Below are positions 11,201 through 24,584 of a DNA stretch of 64,000 nt, in pieces. The notes beneath the pieces are model-generated. The model was not told the origin of the DNA and searched no databases. It was given only the letters and a program-made list of their open reading frames with translations. The first letter of the stretch is position 1. Every line of letters starts with the position of its first letter. Origin of the DNA: Lepidodermella squamata (taxonomy: Eukaryota; Animalia; Gastrotricha); NCBI GenBank assembly GCA_047495785.1, contig JBLDXI010000032.1:992001-1056000 (forward strand), given 5' to 3'. A program made the position numbers and the translations under genes.

Positions 11201-14200
11201 GTATTGATTTAAGGCGGCTTCTGAAGACGGGAGACGCTTAGTCCTGCGATACTTCGCCACCAAAATCGCAGGCGATGAGCACGGGCGTAGATAAGACGTC
11301 AAAGTACTGCATGGTTTAGTCACTCGCTCTTCGACAGTCTCGAACGTATTCAAATTCGGCAGGGTTTCGATGATTTTGTCATGCGCAACGTTCATCGAAG
11401 ACGTCTGCTCGCTGACCCAGGAGGTGAAAACACGGAAACCGTCGAGAGACGCCATCAAAATCTGCAGGGCATTGGCGAAATCTCGGCAATTTTCGTCGGT
11501 GATTTCGGGGAAAAGCGGCCGGATCGAGTATTGCTGGCTCGAAATCGGCAGTGGCTGGTAGAAGGCAACAGGTGGTTTCGCATCGCAGCCACCTGGCACG
11601 ATGAAATCGTCTTGTTGAGGTGGAGCAATCGAGTTATTCGCCTGGGTTATCGCTCGGAATTTATCAGCAAACAAGCTGATATTCGCGGCGACTTCGTTCA
11701 AATCAACGAATCTCAGCAGCCATAACTGCAGGGTTTCACTCGGCCAAGGGTCGCTAGACGGGTCTAACAGGGTCATCACGATTTCTGGCAGAAAGGCGGG
11801 TGGTAGATTTCTCGGGTCGAAATTGTCCATGTGAAGGCGAGGTTCTTCCAGCCACAAAATCATGGCGGAATACAGCAAATGGCACTCGCGGGCGACTTGA
11901 CTCGAGGCTGAAATCGCACCCAGGGAGACAATCGAGGCTTTCAAAGACGTGACCAGCATCGACAAAACTTGTTTCTTCGGCGAATTTTGGAGCAAAATGT
12001 AACCGCAACCTTTCGCTGACCATGTCGTCTTTCGCAGGAAAGACCGGAAAAACAGCAACCAGGCAATCGGGGTTGCGGCATGGCTTGTCGCGGCTTGTTG
12101 CGAGACGAACTGGGCCAGTCGGAAAATCGCAATATTTTCAGCCGAAGTCGGTAATAACGCACTTTGCTGTTTCGCTGATGAATTCTTCTTGTTATCATCT
12201 TCAACCGCCGACATCGTTTGCTTGAAAATTTTGTCGAGGGAAGTAGTTGGCGAGGCTAGGAGATGCTCGCTGAAACGAAGGGCGAATGACGTTTCGAACT
12301 CTGTGTGCAAGTCGTGGGCGAGGGATGCGACGCAAAACCACGGCCAGCGGGTCGATTGGTTCGAGGACTGCACCAGACTGAACGGCAGACCGACAATCCA
12401 TGAAACAAACGCTCGCACGGGTGACACGTGCTTCCGCGCCGATTCAACGAAATCAACGTAGTGCTTCGATAGAACTGACTTCAGCGTCGGAATTCCGTCG
12501 GGTAGCGCCGGGGTGAGACTGAGCAGCAACTCCAGCGCGTCCATTACCGAGGCCTTCTGGAAACCATCGGAGCATTTGCCGAGAATACACAGCCAGAACT
12601 CGAGAACCAAATACGCGTTCATCGACCTCATGTGGCCGACGATTCCGTAAGCCAGGACATCTTTCGGTAGAGCTGATTCGAACGCCCAGCCTTTGATCAT
12701 GTCGACCATTGTCGATGTCAGGATTCGGTCGATCAGTTCGCAGAAGTCTTTCGATCCCATCAGGAATTCGAACGCGCTTTTAGTGTAGTGATCAGCGAGA
12801 ACTAGCAGCAAAGCATGGATTGCCTCGTTAGGGTAACGCTTGTCTAGCATGGTTTTCACCAATGGCAGGCCTTGACTTGAAAACGCCTCGACTGATGAAG
12901 TGATCGACGGGGACATTAGCAGGGCGGCGAAACAGGCCAGGGGTTCACCAGTTTTGACAAACGGAGCAGTTTCAGCGACCGAAAATTGGGAGGATGAAGG
13001 TGGATTTCGATTGATCAGATTCAGCCTCAACATCACCGTCCATATCACCTTGCGATCATTCGCTGGCAGGTTGACTCGAGACACCCAACGCAATAGAGTG
13101 ATTGCGGCTCTATGATGATGGCGTTGCTCGAGAAATGACGGCAAACCAGGAGCTCGAGGTGAAAATGGAAGATTGGCTAAAATTCAGCAAAATTAGATAA
13201 AACCCTCCTTAATATTTCCAAAATTTACCAATGATGTCTTTAGCGAGCAAATACTCGCCAGAAGTGATATCGGAATGAATAAGCCAATATTCCAGCACGC
13301 CCCATGTTGCATCATCAGGCTCGAACTTCGCGTAGCTTAGAGATTTGAAGAAATCTGAAAGTTCTAGCCATGATCGGACTGAATTAGCTGCGCTCGGTTT
13401 CGACCCACTGCCAAGATGGGACGAGACAAGTTGAATCACTTGATTGATAACGTAAGGTCTGTCAGCGATGAAATTAGAGAAAGGAAATCTGACGATTTTC
13501 CACAACACGTCCGACGCGCTCGGCAGCAGATGACAAGTCTGAAAATGCCACATTAAGAAAATAAATTGGAGAATAATTCAAACCCTTACATAGAGAACTG
13601 CGGCAACAGTGTTAGAGATCACCACGTCCTTCATTGCGTCTTCATCATCAACAAATGTTGCAGCAATTTCCAGACAAATATTCAACAAATAGGCGGAATC
13701 ATGGAGAGGTAGGCGAAACAATGCGATTGAAAATTCTTTTGCGGCCAACAAAAAATCTGACTCGGGTAGCGTTTGGATATCAGCGATGCGACAATAAATT
13801 TTACACTTGTTATCAGCAGATAGGTTTTCAAATGGAAGACCAACCTAAAAGATTGCCGTTAATATCAAGAATCAAGCTGAAACCCACTAACTCACCCATA
13901 AAATAGAGAACGCAAATTTCAATTCGGAAGCAAATCTTGCATAGACACTCATGAAAAATTCCTCATAGGCTTTTCTGTCGTTGTGGGTTTTAGAGACCTG
14001 AAGGATTTCGCAGACATGAAACATGAGCGCTTTCATGAATCCGCGATATGGGGGTGAATTGAACGAAGTTAGACCAACGAATAGACTGTCGACTAGTTTC
14101 TGACAGAAATCAAAGGCTGCGCTTGCAGGGATCGAATGTGTCTCAGAAAATAAGACAGATAACACTTTCGACAATTCAAATTGTGCCAGCAATTGAATCA

Positions 14201-15178
14201 TGCAGGGTTCATCGACGTCAGTGGCCTTTAGTGAAACGCCGGTTCCACTGTCGAACTCGTCAACAAACACAAAGTTTCCACCATCAGCGCCATTGTTCGA
14301 CTGAGGCACCATGCCTTTGCTAAGATGAACAAACTCAGCACGATCACTGAAAACACACCGAATTAAAAGCTGATTTAACACAAATATGGCGTTTTAACTT
14401 ACGTTGATCTGATCATGATAGTTTTCAACATGGCCAAGTATAGCAAACTGAATTTCTCAAAGCCATCAGCGGAACAGCTTGGATTCAATACTGGAGGCTG
14501 GACAAGAGGTAGCAATTTTGACAGAAACGCGTTATGAAGACGCAAAATATGAACAAGCAGCAGCAAACGCCCTTTAGAAGCTTCGATGCCATCTGGAGAT
14601 GGAAGTAATACCGAATTCATAGTGAAAGTGTGAATCCATTTGATGATGTTTTCGGCAAATCGATCATCAGGTGCGCATGTCCTGAGAAGCTTGAACAATA
14701 CACAGGTAATTTGATAAACTCTCCTGTTGGCATAGGCATCTTGACCTCCCTCACGAAGCTCGCGGAGATACGAAAGTAATTCAACTTCCACACGGCTTAT
14801 CGCAACTGATGAATCGAAAGCTCCATCTGCCATGGCCTTGGCTGCCGTGACCGCAGTCTCGCCGCATGATGCACAGTAGCCGAGTTTGGATTGGTCGAAT
14901 TCTTCAACTGTGTACAGATGCTGATGAGTCACTTTATTCTTGTCACCGCATACCCCTTGAAGGGTCATGCTGTTCTCTCTGAGCTGCCATACCTTCAGCG
15001 ACGCGGCAGAAAATTCATTAGTAGATATATTTACATCTAGCTGGCATCTTTCAGTGACACGGCTTGAACGTAAAAACTGTTTGAGAACTTCATGAAAAGG
15101 ATCCGATGTCGCCAAATCTTGTGAGTCTCGGAACAAACGGAGCACTTCTCCATACAATCCATCAGAATTAATACTCAT
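8207..15178 (-). CDS. EPG5: Ectopic P-granules 5 autophagy tethering factor (~2253 aa); exons 15178-14403, 14346-13896, 13844-13590, 13538-13229, 13176-8207
   Basis: C-terminal GILGAIGLGNKSPL and AMILWLEEPRL motifs typical of EPG5; exon lengths sum to 6762 nt (in frame); true start uncertain. Confidence 0.88.
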
Positions 15179-15242
15179 TTCTAAGGAGTTCAAATTTCAA
15201 TTGAAAAGAGGTCAAAAAGAAGTACAAGACAGGAGGTAGGTT

Positions 15243-15321
15243 TCACATGACAGCAGGCAACGTGAACAGCTAAGATTCAGCTGAAAACAGCAAGTTGAAC
15301 GGGTCACGTTGGGGCGTGACC
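15243..15321. promoter_or_regulatory. CLEAR/M-box-like sites upstream of EPG5
   Basis: TCACATGAC at 15243-15251; inverted half-sites GGTCACG-N6-CGTGACC at 15302-15321. Confidence 0.4.
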
Positions 15322-16109
15322 GCGTTGTCTATCATTCAAGGTCATTTACCAAAATTTACGTAAGTTTTATAGTAATTTCGTCATAAATAGATTTTTAGCA
15401 AAAATTGTGATTTTTCAGTTTATAATGTTCAATTGACCTCGACCGGTAATTAATCAGATTTGGATCGATTTTCAAAAACTTTTGCGCCGGCTGAGTTACA
15501 TATGTGGGCATCTTTTGCCTGCGGGCGGCTAGCCACTCGTTCCTCTCTACCGGCTGTTTTGCAGTGTGAAATTCGGCGGTCTTTTAGCAATACGCTAGGA
15601 AGTCATTGGGCTTTACAAAATCTTCTAATTACTGAAATAATAATAGCCTGGAAACTGAGTTCGGTGAGGTAACTTGCGATGCTATTTCTTAATACCTGTA
15701 AACGTTCTTCTGGGCGTGTAAATCTACCGCTAACCGAAATTCACTACTTTCAATTTATTAGTCAGTAGTTATAGTACCCTACTTATACTACCTATCTGGG
15801 CTTCATAGCGATATTCTTAACATGATGTCGTGCATCATTTGGACAGCTTGAGTTGTACTCAGTGTTCGTATATTTAACTACTAGGTACGTCATATGCTTT
15901 GTTGATTTGGTAGAAGTAATTTCACTGTCTCCTTACCATCTTGAGCATTACTGCTATTTTTACGAACAGCATGACCGAATATTCCTTGTCACCGTCAGTG
16001 CGAATAGCTGAATAATGAAGTAGACTGAGCATTAAGAGCGATTTTGTAGGGATATCAGACAATTAATCATGCCTATTTTGTAGTAGAATTTATTTACATC
16101 TTGTCCAAC

Positions 16110-16512
16110 ATGCCCATACTGCAAGTACACACCAGCGTTCACCGCAAGGATTTTCCGCCCAATTTTATGGAGGATCTGACTGCCTTCTTCCAAAAACTCA
16201 TCGACAAGCCTATTCAGTATGTGGCTGTGCATGTCAATGATGGTCAGGTTATGACATTTGCCAACTCCTACGATCCTTGCGCTATTCTTTACATCAATTC
16301 AATTGGGAAAATCAGCCGTGAGCTGAATGAAAAGTATGCGCATGAGCTCCAGGGGTTCTTGAAGGAGAAGCTCGGTATTGCCACTGATAGGTATATTTTG
16401 AACAATGAACAATGGCCTGTATTATTTAACTTATAATTGCTTTTTCAGGCAACTGCTTTGCATGACGGACTTCCCTGCCCAGAATGTTGGTTATGGTGGA
16501 CATGTCTTCTAA
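16110..16512 (+). CDS. MIF: Macrophage migration inhibitory factor / tautomerase (114 aa); exons 16110-16390 and 16449-16512
   Basis: N-terminal catalytic Pro (MPILQVHTSV), KPIQYVAVHV, SIGKI, C-terminal NVGYGGHVF. Confidence 0.93.
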
Positions 16513-16729
16513 AATGAACCGATGCTTAAATGACTATGCTTGCCAAAGAGAACAGATGTGCTTCCTGAAACTTGCGTGACTACTTGTAGTTCGATAAGTC
16601 TATTCCTTTGATCAGTTACAGATCTGAGTATTTTCTTGGCCATATTTTGAGATTAATTTACTGTTTATGTTACATGATGTTGTCGTTTGTTTCTTTTAGA
16701 GTTTTTAATGCCAGAATTTGTTTAGTTTC

Positions 16730-19700
16730 ATGGCTGTTGCTCGAATCCAGCATTTCGGCGAGCGCGCATTCAAATTTATGCGCAAGCAGCCGCCGAGAGA
16801 AAATGAAGCCCGGCAACGTGTTTTACGCGATTTGTTCGTTTCTACGCCTGTGAAGTTATTCGAACATGGATTTCCTCACAAACCTACGACAATGGCCCAT
16901 GATCCTAAATTGGGCTTACTCGCAATTGGCGCTGAGAATGGATCAATTAGAATGTAAGCATTGTTAAATTTAATAAGTCTTGAATACACGTGCTTAATGT
17001 TTATAGATTCGGATCTGAAGGAGTAGAATTTATTGGTCAGCAAAGAGTTGGCGAAGGATCTGTTATGCAGTTGTATTTCCTACCCGGACAAGGCCGATTA
17101 ATATCAGTTTACGCGGATTATTCTATTCATTTATGGGAGATGAATTCAAAAGATGGACATTTGTCATTTAAAGTCATCCGCTCTTTCAAAATGCCGAACA
17201 GCCAGGTCAATCTGATCTCGGTCTGCTGCTTCTCGGCAGACTGTCAGCAGTTCTACATCGGAACCGAGGCTTGTACAGTGCACGTTCTGGATTTGAAGCG
17301 ATTTCAATTAACTGGCCGATCACTTCCTGTCGAACAAGTGATGCAAAGTGCGCCGGATGATTTCAGGAAAGCTAGCCCCGGGGCCGTGGAGGCTCTTCTC
17401 GAAAGCCCGACCGAACCGGATAGAATTTTAGTCGGTTTTAATCGCGGTTTGATTGTGCTATGGAATTCTGCTGATGGCCAGATTGAGAGGGCGTGGAATG
17501 CGGGGCAACAACAGGAATTGGAGGCGGCGTGTTGGCTGCGGTCTGGTCAGCAGTTCGTTACTAGTCACAGCGACGGTTCTTACATTCTATGGCGAATCGA
17601 CTCGGATCGGCCGCTGACCCAGCCGTCGATACCCTATGGACCATTTCCGTGCAAAGCGATAACAAAAATAGACGTGAGATCGACCCGCGACGACCAGATG
17701 ATTGTTTTCGCTGGTGGAATGCCGCGATCGAGTTTCGGCGATCGGCACACGGTGAGTGCGCTCATCGGAAGTCGCCAAGTGGCGTTCGATTTCGGCAGCC
17801 GGGTGCTCGATTTCATCGTTCTGTGCGCTGCCGACGAGGCTTCCGGGTCGGCAGCCGGTCACAGCAAGGCGAACGGACTGTTGTCACCCGTGCCCGGCAG
17901 TGCGAATGGCGACGTGGACGATGCGCCGCTTAACAACGGCTGTATCGAAGACGATGTGGATCACTCGCATGTGAACGGACACATTGCACCGGGCGGCAGT
18001 CCATTACCGGATAATCAGGATGTTGCGGCGAATGAAAGCGGCGGATCATCGCCTTCTATCGGCGGTCCATCTGCGCCTGGTTAGTTATTTTTCATTTTTA
18101 GACCGAAACCAAGTGGCGAAAATAGCCGGACAAAACGAAAATTAGGAAAATTAGAATGAAAAATGGAGGATTTTGTAAATTTTACCATGGAAGTCAACTC
18201 TCATTTTGAAAGTTTGAAAGTTTTCATTTTGAATGAAAAATCGCACTTTCCCAATGAAAATCAATTTTTCAAGTTTTGAGCTGTGAGAACTTCTATCTAT
18301 ATTAGATCAAATGGTAACTCCTAGATAGCTCAATAATCAACCCTAATTGAATGTACGTGAGCAATTTATTGTTAAGTGCGCAAAATTTCTATTTCTGTGC
18401 CAAATTTTGAAGATCGTAAGCCCAAATTTACGATATTTTTTTAACGAAAGCCTCAATTTTAGTCTTAGAACTTCGTTGCAGTTTAAGTATTTCTATCCGG
18501 TAGATGCAATATTATCCGTTAACAGGCGAATCGTGGGGTTTGGCGAAAATCTTGGTTACCAGTGGAAATGTAACAAAATCAAGCTTTAAATTTGTTGGGC
18601 CAGTTGATTTCTGTAAATTTTTCATTTTATTCCCACACAGATTATCTTATTTGGGGTATCTTGTGGTGCGGATCTCGCTAGATTCTCACAAGTTTTGATT
18701 AATATAATTGAGTATCTCCACCTGAACCATTAAAGACGATTTTTCTCTATTTTTACGAGAAAATCCCATGTCCAAAACCTGAAAATAAGAAATAAACTAG
18801 AATAACTTGTTTAGGGCATAGTGAAAGCTATGATCAGATTTTCGAAGTTGCGATTTGCTTGAAATGCGTAAAAAATCACGAATTTCCCTCATTAGACTTG
18901 ATTTTAGTTGATATTTTGTTTCATTAAGGTGGACTTTTTATAATTATTTTTCTTCATTTTTTTCCAGTTTACGACTGTCCTCATACGTTGATTGTGCTGT
19001 GCGAAGAGGAGATCGTGGCGATCGACCTGGAGAGCGACGGCTGGCCGCAGTTCAAGCTGCCGTACTTCATCAGCGTACACGCCTCGCCGGTGACTTGCAC
19101 GCAGCATGTTGCGGGCGTATCGGCGGCGCTGCTGCGGCGGCTGCAGGAGGCCGGCGACTCGCAGACGGCCAATTGTTCGACGCGCAAGTGGCCGATCACC
19201 GGTGGCGTGTTGACCCAGCCGGCCGCGGCCGCGTCAGCCCTTAACAGCACCGGCAATCAACGCGAGCTGCTGCTAACCGGCCACGAGAACGGCTCTGTTT
19301 GCTTTTGGGATTTGGGCGAGCCGCAATTAGGCGCGTCGCAGATGCAGCTCATCTACGTGCTGCACACCGCCAATTTGTTTGGCATGGCGGTCGGCGGCCT
19401 TGTGCCAACAAATCTCGACAGCTCGGGCATCAGCAACAACGACGAGATCGATGAATGGCCGCCATTCCGCAAGGCCGGCGTCTTCGACCCCTTCTCGGAC
19501 GACCCGCGCCTCGCCATTCAAAAACTCGCCCTTTGCCCGGCCACCGAGACGCTCGTCCTCGCCGGCATGGCCGGCCAGCTCATCGTCATGGCTATGCGAG
19601 ACCGCCCGATTGAAGCTCAACCACCCAGCCCGGTTCAGTCGAAAATCGTGCCGGACCAAATTGCGACGCACGACGGCTCGCAGAATGTGTCTTTCGTGTG

Positions 19701-21042
19701 GCGGGGGCATGATTCACTGCCGGTTACGACTGAAAAATTGCGATTTGGCTGCGGGTTTCAGGTGGCGGCTATGCTACAGCTAACCCCACCCGCCCCGATA
19801 AGCGCCATAGCCCTAAACACAGACTGGGGCATAGTCGCTGTAGGCACAGCACATGGGCTGAGTGTGTTTGACTACATTCAAAAGCGTGAAATAGGCGCGA
19901 GATGTACCCTACAGCAGAACAGTGAGTCAGACATAGTTCAAGGCACGTTTCTATCGCGGGCTAAAACGCTGAAAAAATCGCTGAGGTCATCAATCCGGCG
20001 GTTGCGGCAGGGCAGGTCGGACCGGTTTACGCACCAGAACAAACAACAACCAGCTGGTTTAACGCGGCCGGTCATCACCGGGTTAACGCCCTCAGCCGCC
20101 GACCGCCTGCCCTCGCCTGCGGTTATCAAGAACGAAGAGCGGCAAATCGAGAGTAGGCAGCTACTGGCTAACACCGATGACAGTCATATGGTATCGTTAG
20201 TCCGATGCCTGTCGCTATCGGACACGTTTTTGATAAATCCAACAATTCACCAGCCGACGCTGTGGGCTGGTACAAATTCCGGGGCGTTGTTAGCGTTTAC
20301 CCTAGTGATTCCAGGCCCCGATCGGCGGCAGAGTGAGCCGGTTGCGATGAGGCTGTCGAAGGAGTTGCATTTGAAACACGGCGCGCCGGTGCTGTACGCA
20401 GGGGTACTGGACCGGCACGGCACGCCGTTCAGTTCAACAGCCGCGCAACGCTGCGGCGCTAGGCCGGTTGATTTCGTAGGCGGGCATCAACTGCTGGTCG
20501 CGTCTGAGGAGCAGCTGAAAGTCTTCACGCTACCCGGGCTGAAACCGTACGGGAAGGTTAAAGTCACGGCGAGGGATGGGTCGAAACTCCGCCGGGTTGC
20601 TGTTGTTGATTTTGTCGCGAAATCCGACCCGAATTTGCACGAATACGCCGCGGTGTATGTGACGAATCTCGGCGAGGTTGCGGCGTATTCGATACCGGCG
20701 ATGCAGCGGTATTTAGGCGCGTATGCGATCCCGCGCGAGAATATCAACGCGATTCTGTCGACAACCTTCACGCCGAACGGGTCGTACTGGTTCCTGGCGA
20801 CGCCGAGCCAATTCGCGAGCCACACGCTATCGACTCGTCTATGCGTTGAACGGTCGATTGAGTTGAATTTACCAGCAAAACGGTTGCCAGTTCTAGCCGA
20901 ACCAGCTGTTAACTCGACCCCGAAAAAACAGCAGCAGCATAATAATAACAACGGCAATAGCAGTGTTTTGAACCGGTCTTCGCCGCAGAAATCAAACGGA
21001 AATAACGCCTCGCCTCAACGCCACTTGCAGTCGACCGTTTAA
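16730..21042 (+). CDS. LLGL: Lethal(2) giant larvae homolog (~1123 aa); exons 16730-16953, 17007-18079, 18968-21042
   Basis: EHGFPHKP, FLPGQGRLIS, PYGPFPCKAI, GGMPRSSFGDRHTVS, FDPFSDDPRLAI, polybasic aPKC region SRAKTLKKSLRSSIRRLR; no R-SNARE tail, so not tomosyn. Confidence 0.95.
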
Positions 21043-22190
21043 GCCAGCCGATGAGTCTATGATCTATTTTTGTTGTTTTGTTATATCGCAGCTGTCGAAA
21101 TTTTATTACTATGCGAATTTTGTTGTCGATTCCCTATGTTAACGCGCGGCTCGAGAGAGATTTTCATTAAGGTGGATTTTTTTCAAATGAATTTTGTGCC
21201 TAACGCTGCTATTAATTAATTGAAACTCGATTATAATCTCCAGCTTATATGTAAATAACGCTGTGTTTTTCTATTCAATACTACGCGTTGTTACTACGAG
21301 TAATCAAGGTGAGTGAGTTTTTCGCATTTAAAAATGCCTAATAACCATGTAATTTTCTGTCCAACAATCAACAACGGCCTTGACAGTCATTTTTTAGTCT
21401 GAGGGTTTTTTCTTTCCTGTCTCTTATTTATTCCGACCACGTGTCTGCCTGTCTGTTAAAGTGGGAAGTGCTTCGAACCTGGATTGCTGAAATTTCAAAC
21501 CGTGATTGCTCCTCTTTCTCGCTCCTTCGCCTTGTCATTTGAAATACAAAAAAGTGTGCTAAAAACAGTATATAAAATTGTCTGTTGAAATAACGCAAAA
21601 TAACGCACCTTTTCGTACTTTGTTAAAATTGTGTAAAAAAAATAATCAAATTAATCAGCGCGCGTGATATTGCCATTTATTCAGCTAGTAATAAATTGGT
21701 CTTTTTTGTAGAAAATATATACCTTAATGTGGGCTTGTTCGTTTTTGTCGTTTTTTTACACTCCTATGTAGTAATAATCGGAACTCTGAAATTTTCTCTC
21801 TCTCTCTTCTCTTTGACAATATGGTGCGATGATAAAAAAGAGTCTCTTGTGTCTTGTTGGATCGTCATCGCCAGCCATGTGAAAGGCGATAATACTGTTA
21901 TTCTTACTATTATTCCGTTGTATAACAGCTGCATTCATATTATTATTATTATTAATATTATTACTACTTTTACGGCGGTAGAATAAAAAACTGAATAAAA
22001 TGACGTTTAACAAATTTCGCCTAATTTTTTTTATTTGAAGTTGGTCCAAAATAGCAGTGAATAAAAATGCACACCGGACATGTAATATTTTACAAGAATC
22101 GGAGAAAAATAATATTAAGGAGGATTTTCCTTAATTATTATCATTTTTCTCCCTCACCGAATTGAAATTTTGTAACTAAAATCGAAACCG

Positions 22191-22895
22191 TCAAAATGCG
22201 CTGCTGTTACGCTTTCCGAGAGCTTCTAGCTTCCTCCTTAACGGGTTTCGAGGTGACGCGATCGAAGTGAGAGCGCGGAGTTCATCGCACCGCTCGTGAG
22301 CGTGAAGCGAGTCGAAATCCTGGTGCGGCTTCACGTACAGCTCCTGAGATTTCGTGTACATCGACACGACTTCGACGCCGTTGCCACTCGCGCTCGACGG
22401 CCGTTGGCTATTACAGCCGTTGTGGTTATTTAGCACCTGGATACTGCTGGACAGGGTTGTTAACGACACGGCCTTGCTATTGTCGTTCGAGCAGCTAGAA
22501 TCTGTGTTGTTGTGGTTGTGAAGGCTCGGCTGCCGCGGGCTGGGCGGCGGTTGAAAATGCCCGGCGATGTGTTGTTCGAAGGCGTCGAGAGGTAGGTTCA
22601 ATAAATGCCGGTCTAGGTAACTCTGCGCAAGGTCGGGGTTGGTTAGGAACCAGAACGGACAGGCTAAAAATAGCGTTTCCGCCGCCTCATCGACGACGCA
22701 CTGTTCACCGTTGGTAAGATCGGTCACGCCGTGGCTGACCGTGCGATCGATGATGATTTTAGCCGGCCCGTGTCTAGTCGTACCGTTGCTTTCGTTGCTT
22801 TTACGTCGTTGGTCGTTTCGACTCGCCAGCTTGGCTGAAACTACGGCGACCATGGTTTTTAGACTCGGCATCTTCCGATTGCTTGAAAGGGGCAT
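22191..22895 (-). CDS. Orphan protein (234 aa), function unknown
   Basis: 705-nt GC-rich ORF between AT-rich flanks; no family recognised. Confidence 0.6.
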   Translation of the reverse strand: MPLSSNRKMPSLKTMVAVVSAKLASRNDQRRKSNESNGTTRHGPAKIIIDRTVSHGVTDLTNGEQCVVDEAAETLFLACPFWFLTNPDLAQSYLDRHLLNLPLDAFEQHIAGHFQPPPSPRQPSLHNHNNTDSSCSNDNSKAVSLTTLSSSIQVLNNHNGCNSQRPSSASGNGVEVVSMYTKSQELYVKPHQDFDSLHAHERCDELRALTSIASPRNPLRRKLEALGKRNSSAF

Positions 22896-24584
22896 CGGTC
22901 GAATTAAACAGAAAATACTTGAAATTTCACTTTCTAAAATTGAAAATTAAAAAGAATTTAAAAATGTAAAGGTCGAAATTTCAATTAAAATTAAAATTTT
23001 AGAGAAAATACAACATGATAACCCTATAGGAAGCCATCGTAAAATAACGTCAAACTAGTACAAAATGAGATGACCGTCATACTAAACTGTTATTGAAATT
23101 TCCGCCTCAAGAGTGGCAAAATCGAAAATCATTAGGTCAGTTGTTGAAAACGTGGAGAATGAAACTGCAAGTGTCAGGTTCTGTGATATGCAGAGAAGTC
23201 GCAGGAAACAAGGTGTTTGCTAATCTGACGAAAAATTTGCTAAAAATCTGCCTATTAGAAGCGCATATTATTACTGTATTGAGCGGCTGAATTTATAAAA
23301 GAAAAAATTCTCCGGAAACAAATACCTCATATAAACTATTCGCGACTATCGAAATTCGCAAGTCCTCACATGAAAATAACTAGCGACGCGTTGTAGAGAG
23401 AAGCCATAAAGGAAGGAAACAGATTTATAGCGAAAAAATTGGCCAGGGTTTGCAAGTTTTTTTATAGAAAAAACCGCGGAATTAACAGCTGATGCAAAAA
23501 ATAAGCTGGATAATGGAGATATAATGCTTTGAATGCTTAGGACAATCGATGCGCCAATGTCTGCGATTGTGACCTAAAATAATCGGGTGAAGAAATATTC
23601 GATTCACATAGGCAGGTAAATTAGAGAAACCAGAATACAGAATATGCAACTTTGATTGCATTTTATACCCGATCGAAGCGAATGAATCGCCGAAATAAAA
23701 TAATACTATTGTCTAACTATAGGTTTCATCATCAATAAAAGACGGCGATTCCCATCTAGGTGTGTATAAACATTATATTTTATTCCTGCTTGGTCACGCG
23801 TGATGTAGTACAGGTATTTGTTCTTACAATCATCGAGCAAATTGGAGCGTTAGTCGATATAGACGTAAATTTACCCAGCGCGAATATAAGCGGGTATGGT
23901 GGTATGATCGCGAATTTATTGCAATTTTTCGCTCTAATAAAAAATAAATAAAAATTCCTGGTGGTTTAATTGAGAAGCCGATATCGCGACTGATCCCCGT
24001 GGATCTATTTCAAATTACTACGTAAAAGAAAGCCGATTTGATATAGCCTACTCATAACAATCAAAGCCGGATGATTGCTTTTGATCGATAAAAAAAACTG
24101 CGAGTTATTTCGCGGTTGACCGATTCAATTTTTCATTCACCTTGTGAAAAAAAAACTGGGAAAAAATCTTGAGAGGCACAGCATAGTGTGACGTAAAGAA
24201 ATCGCGATATTATATAGCCTTCGTTGCGGGTCAAATATTGACACATTTCCGGCCTTGGCGCCGATAGTAATAAAACTTTGAGCTATTATTAACGCGAAAA
24301 ATCATGTTTATTTTCTATAGCGCTTGTTTCAGCCAGCCGAAACTTGACACGCAAAACACCGCATTTCCGCATTTTTTATATATAAAATATTAATGATGGG
24401 ACTCTCGTGATTTCTTTGGCTAGACAAAATGCGATCCATTTTATTCTTTAATTAATGTCAATATTTTACTTATTTTTCTTTAAACAAAACTGAATTGGAA
24501 CGCTGAAATAAAAGCCTTAAATTGAAATCATTCACGATAAAATGAGTTGGAATAAAAAAACACGATTTTTTTGGTTGATTTTTT

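Noticed and set aside
18085-18960. A/T-tract clusters in long introns resembling nematode PATCs
   Set aside because: 10-bp periodicity cannot be established by eye; needs autocorrelation analysis
16730-21042. Tomosyn (STXBP5) as an alternative call
   Set aside because: Lgl-specific motifs are present and there is no C-terminal R-SNARE domain
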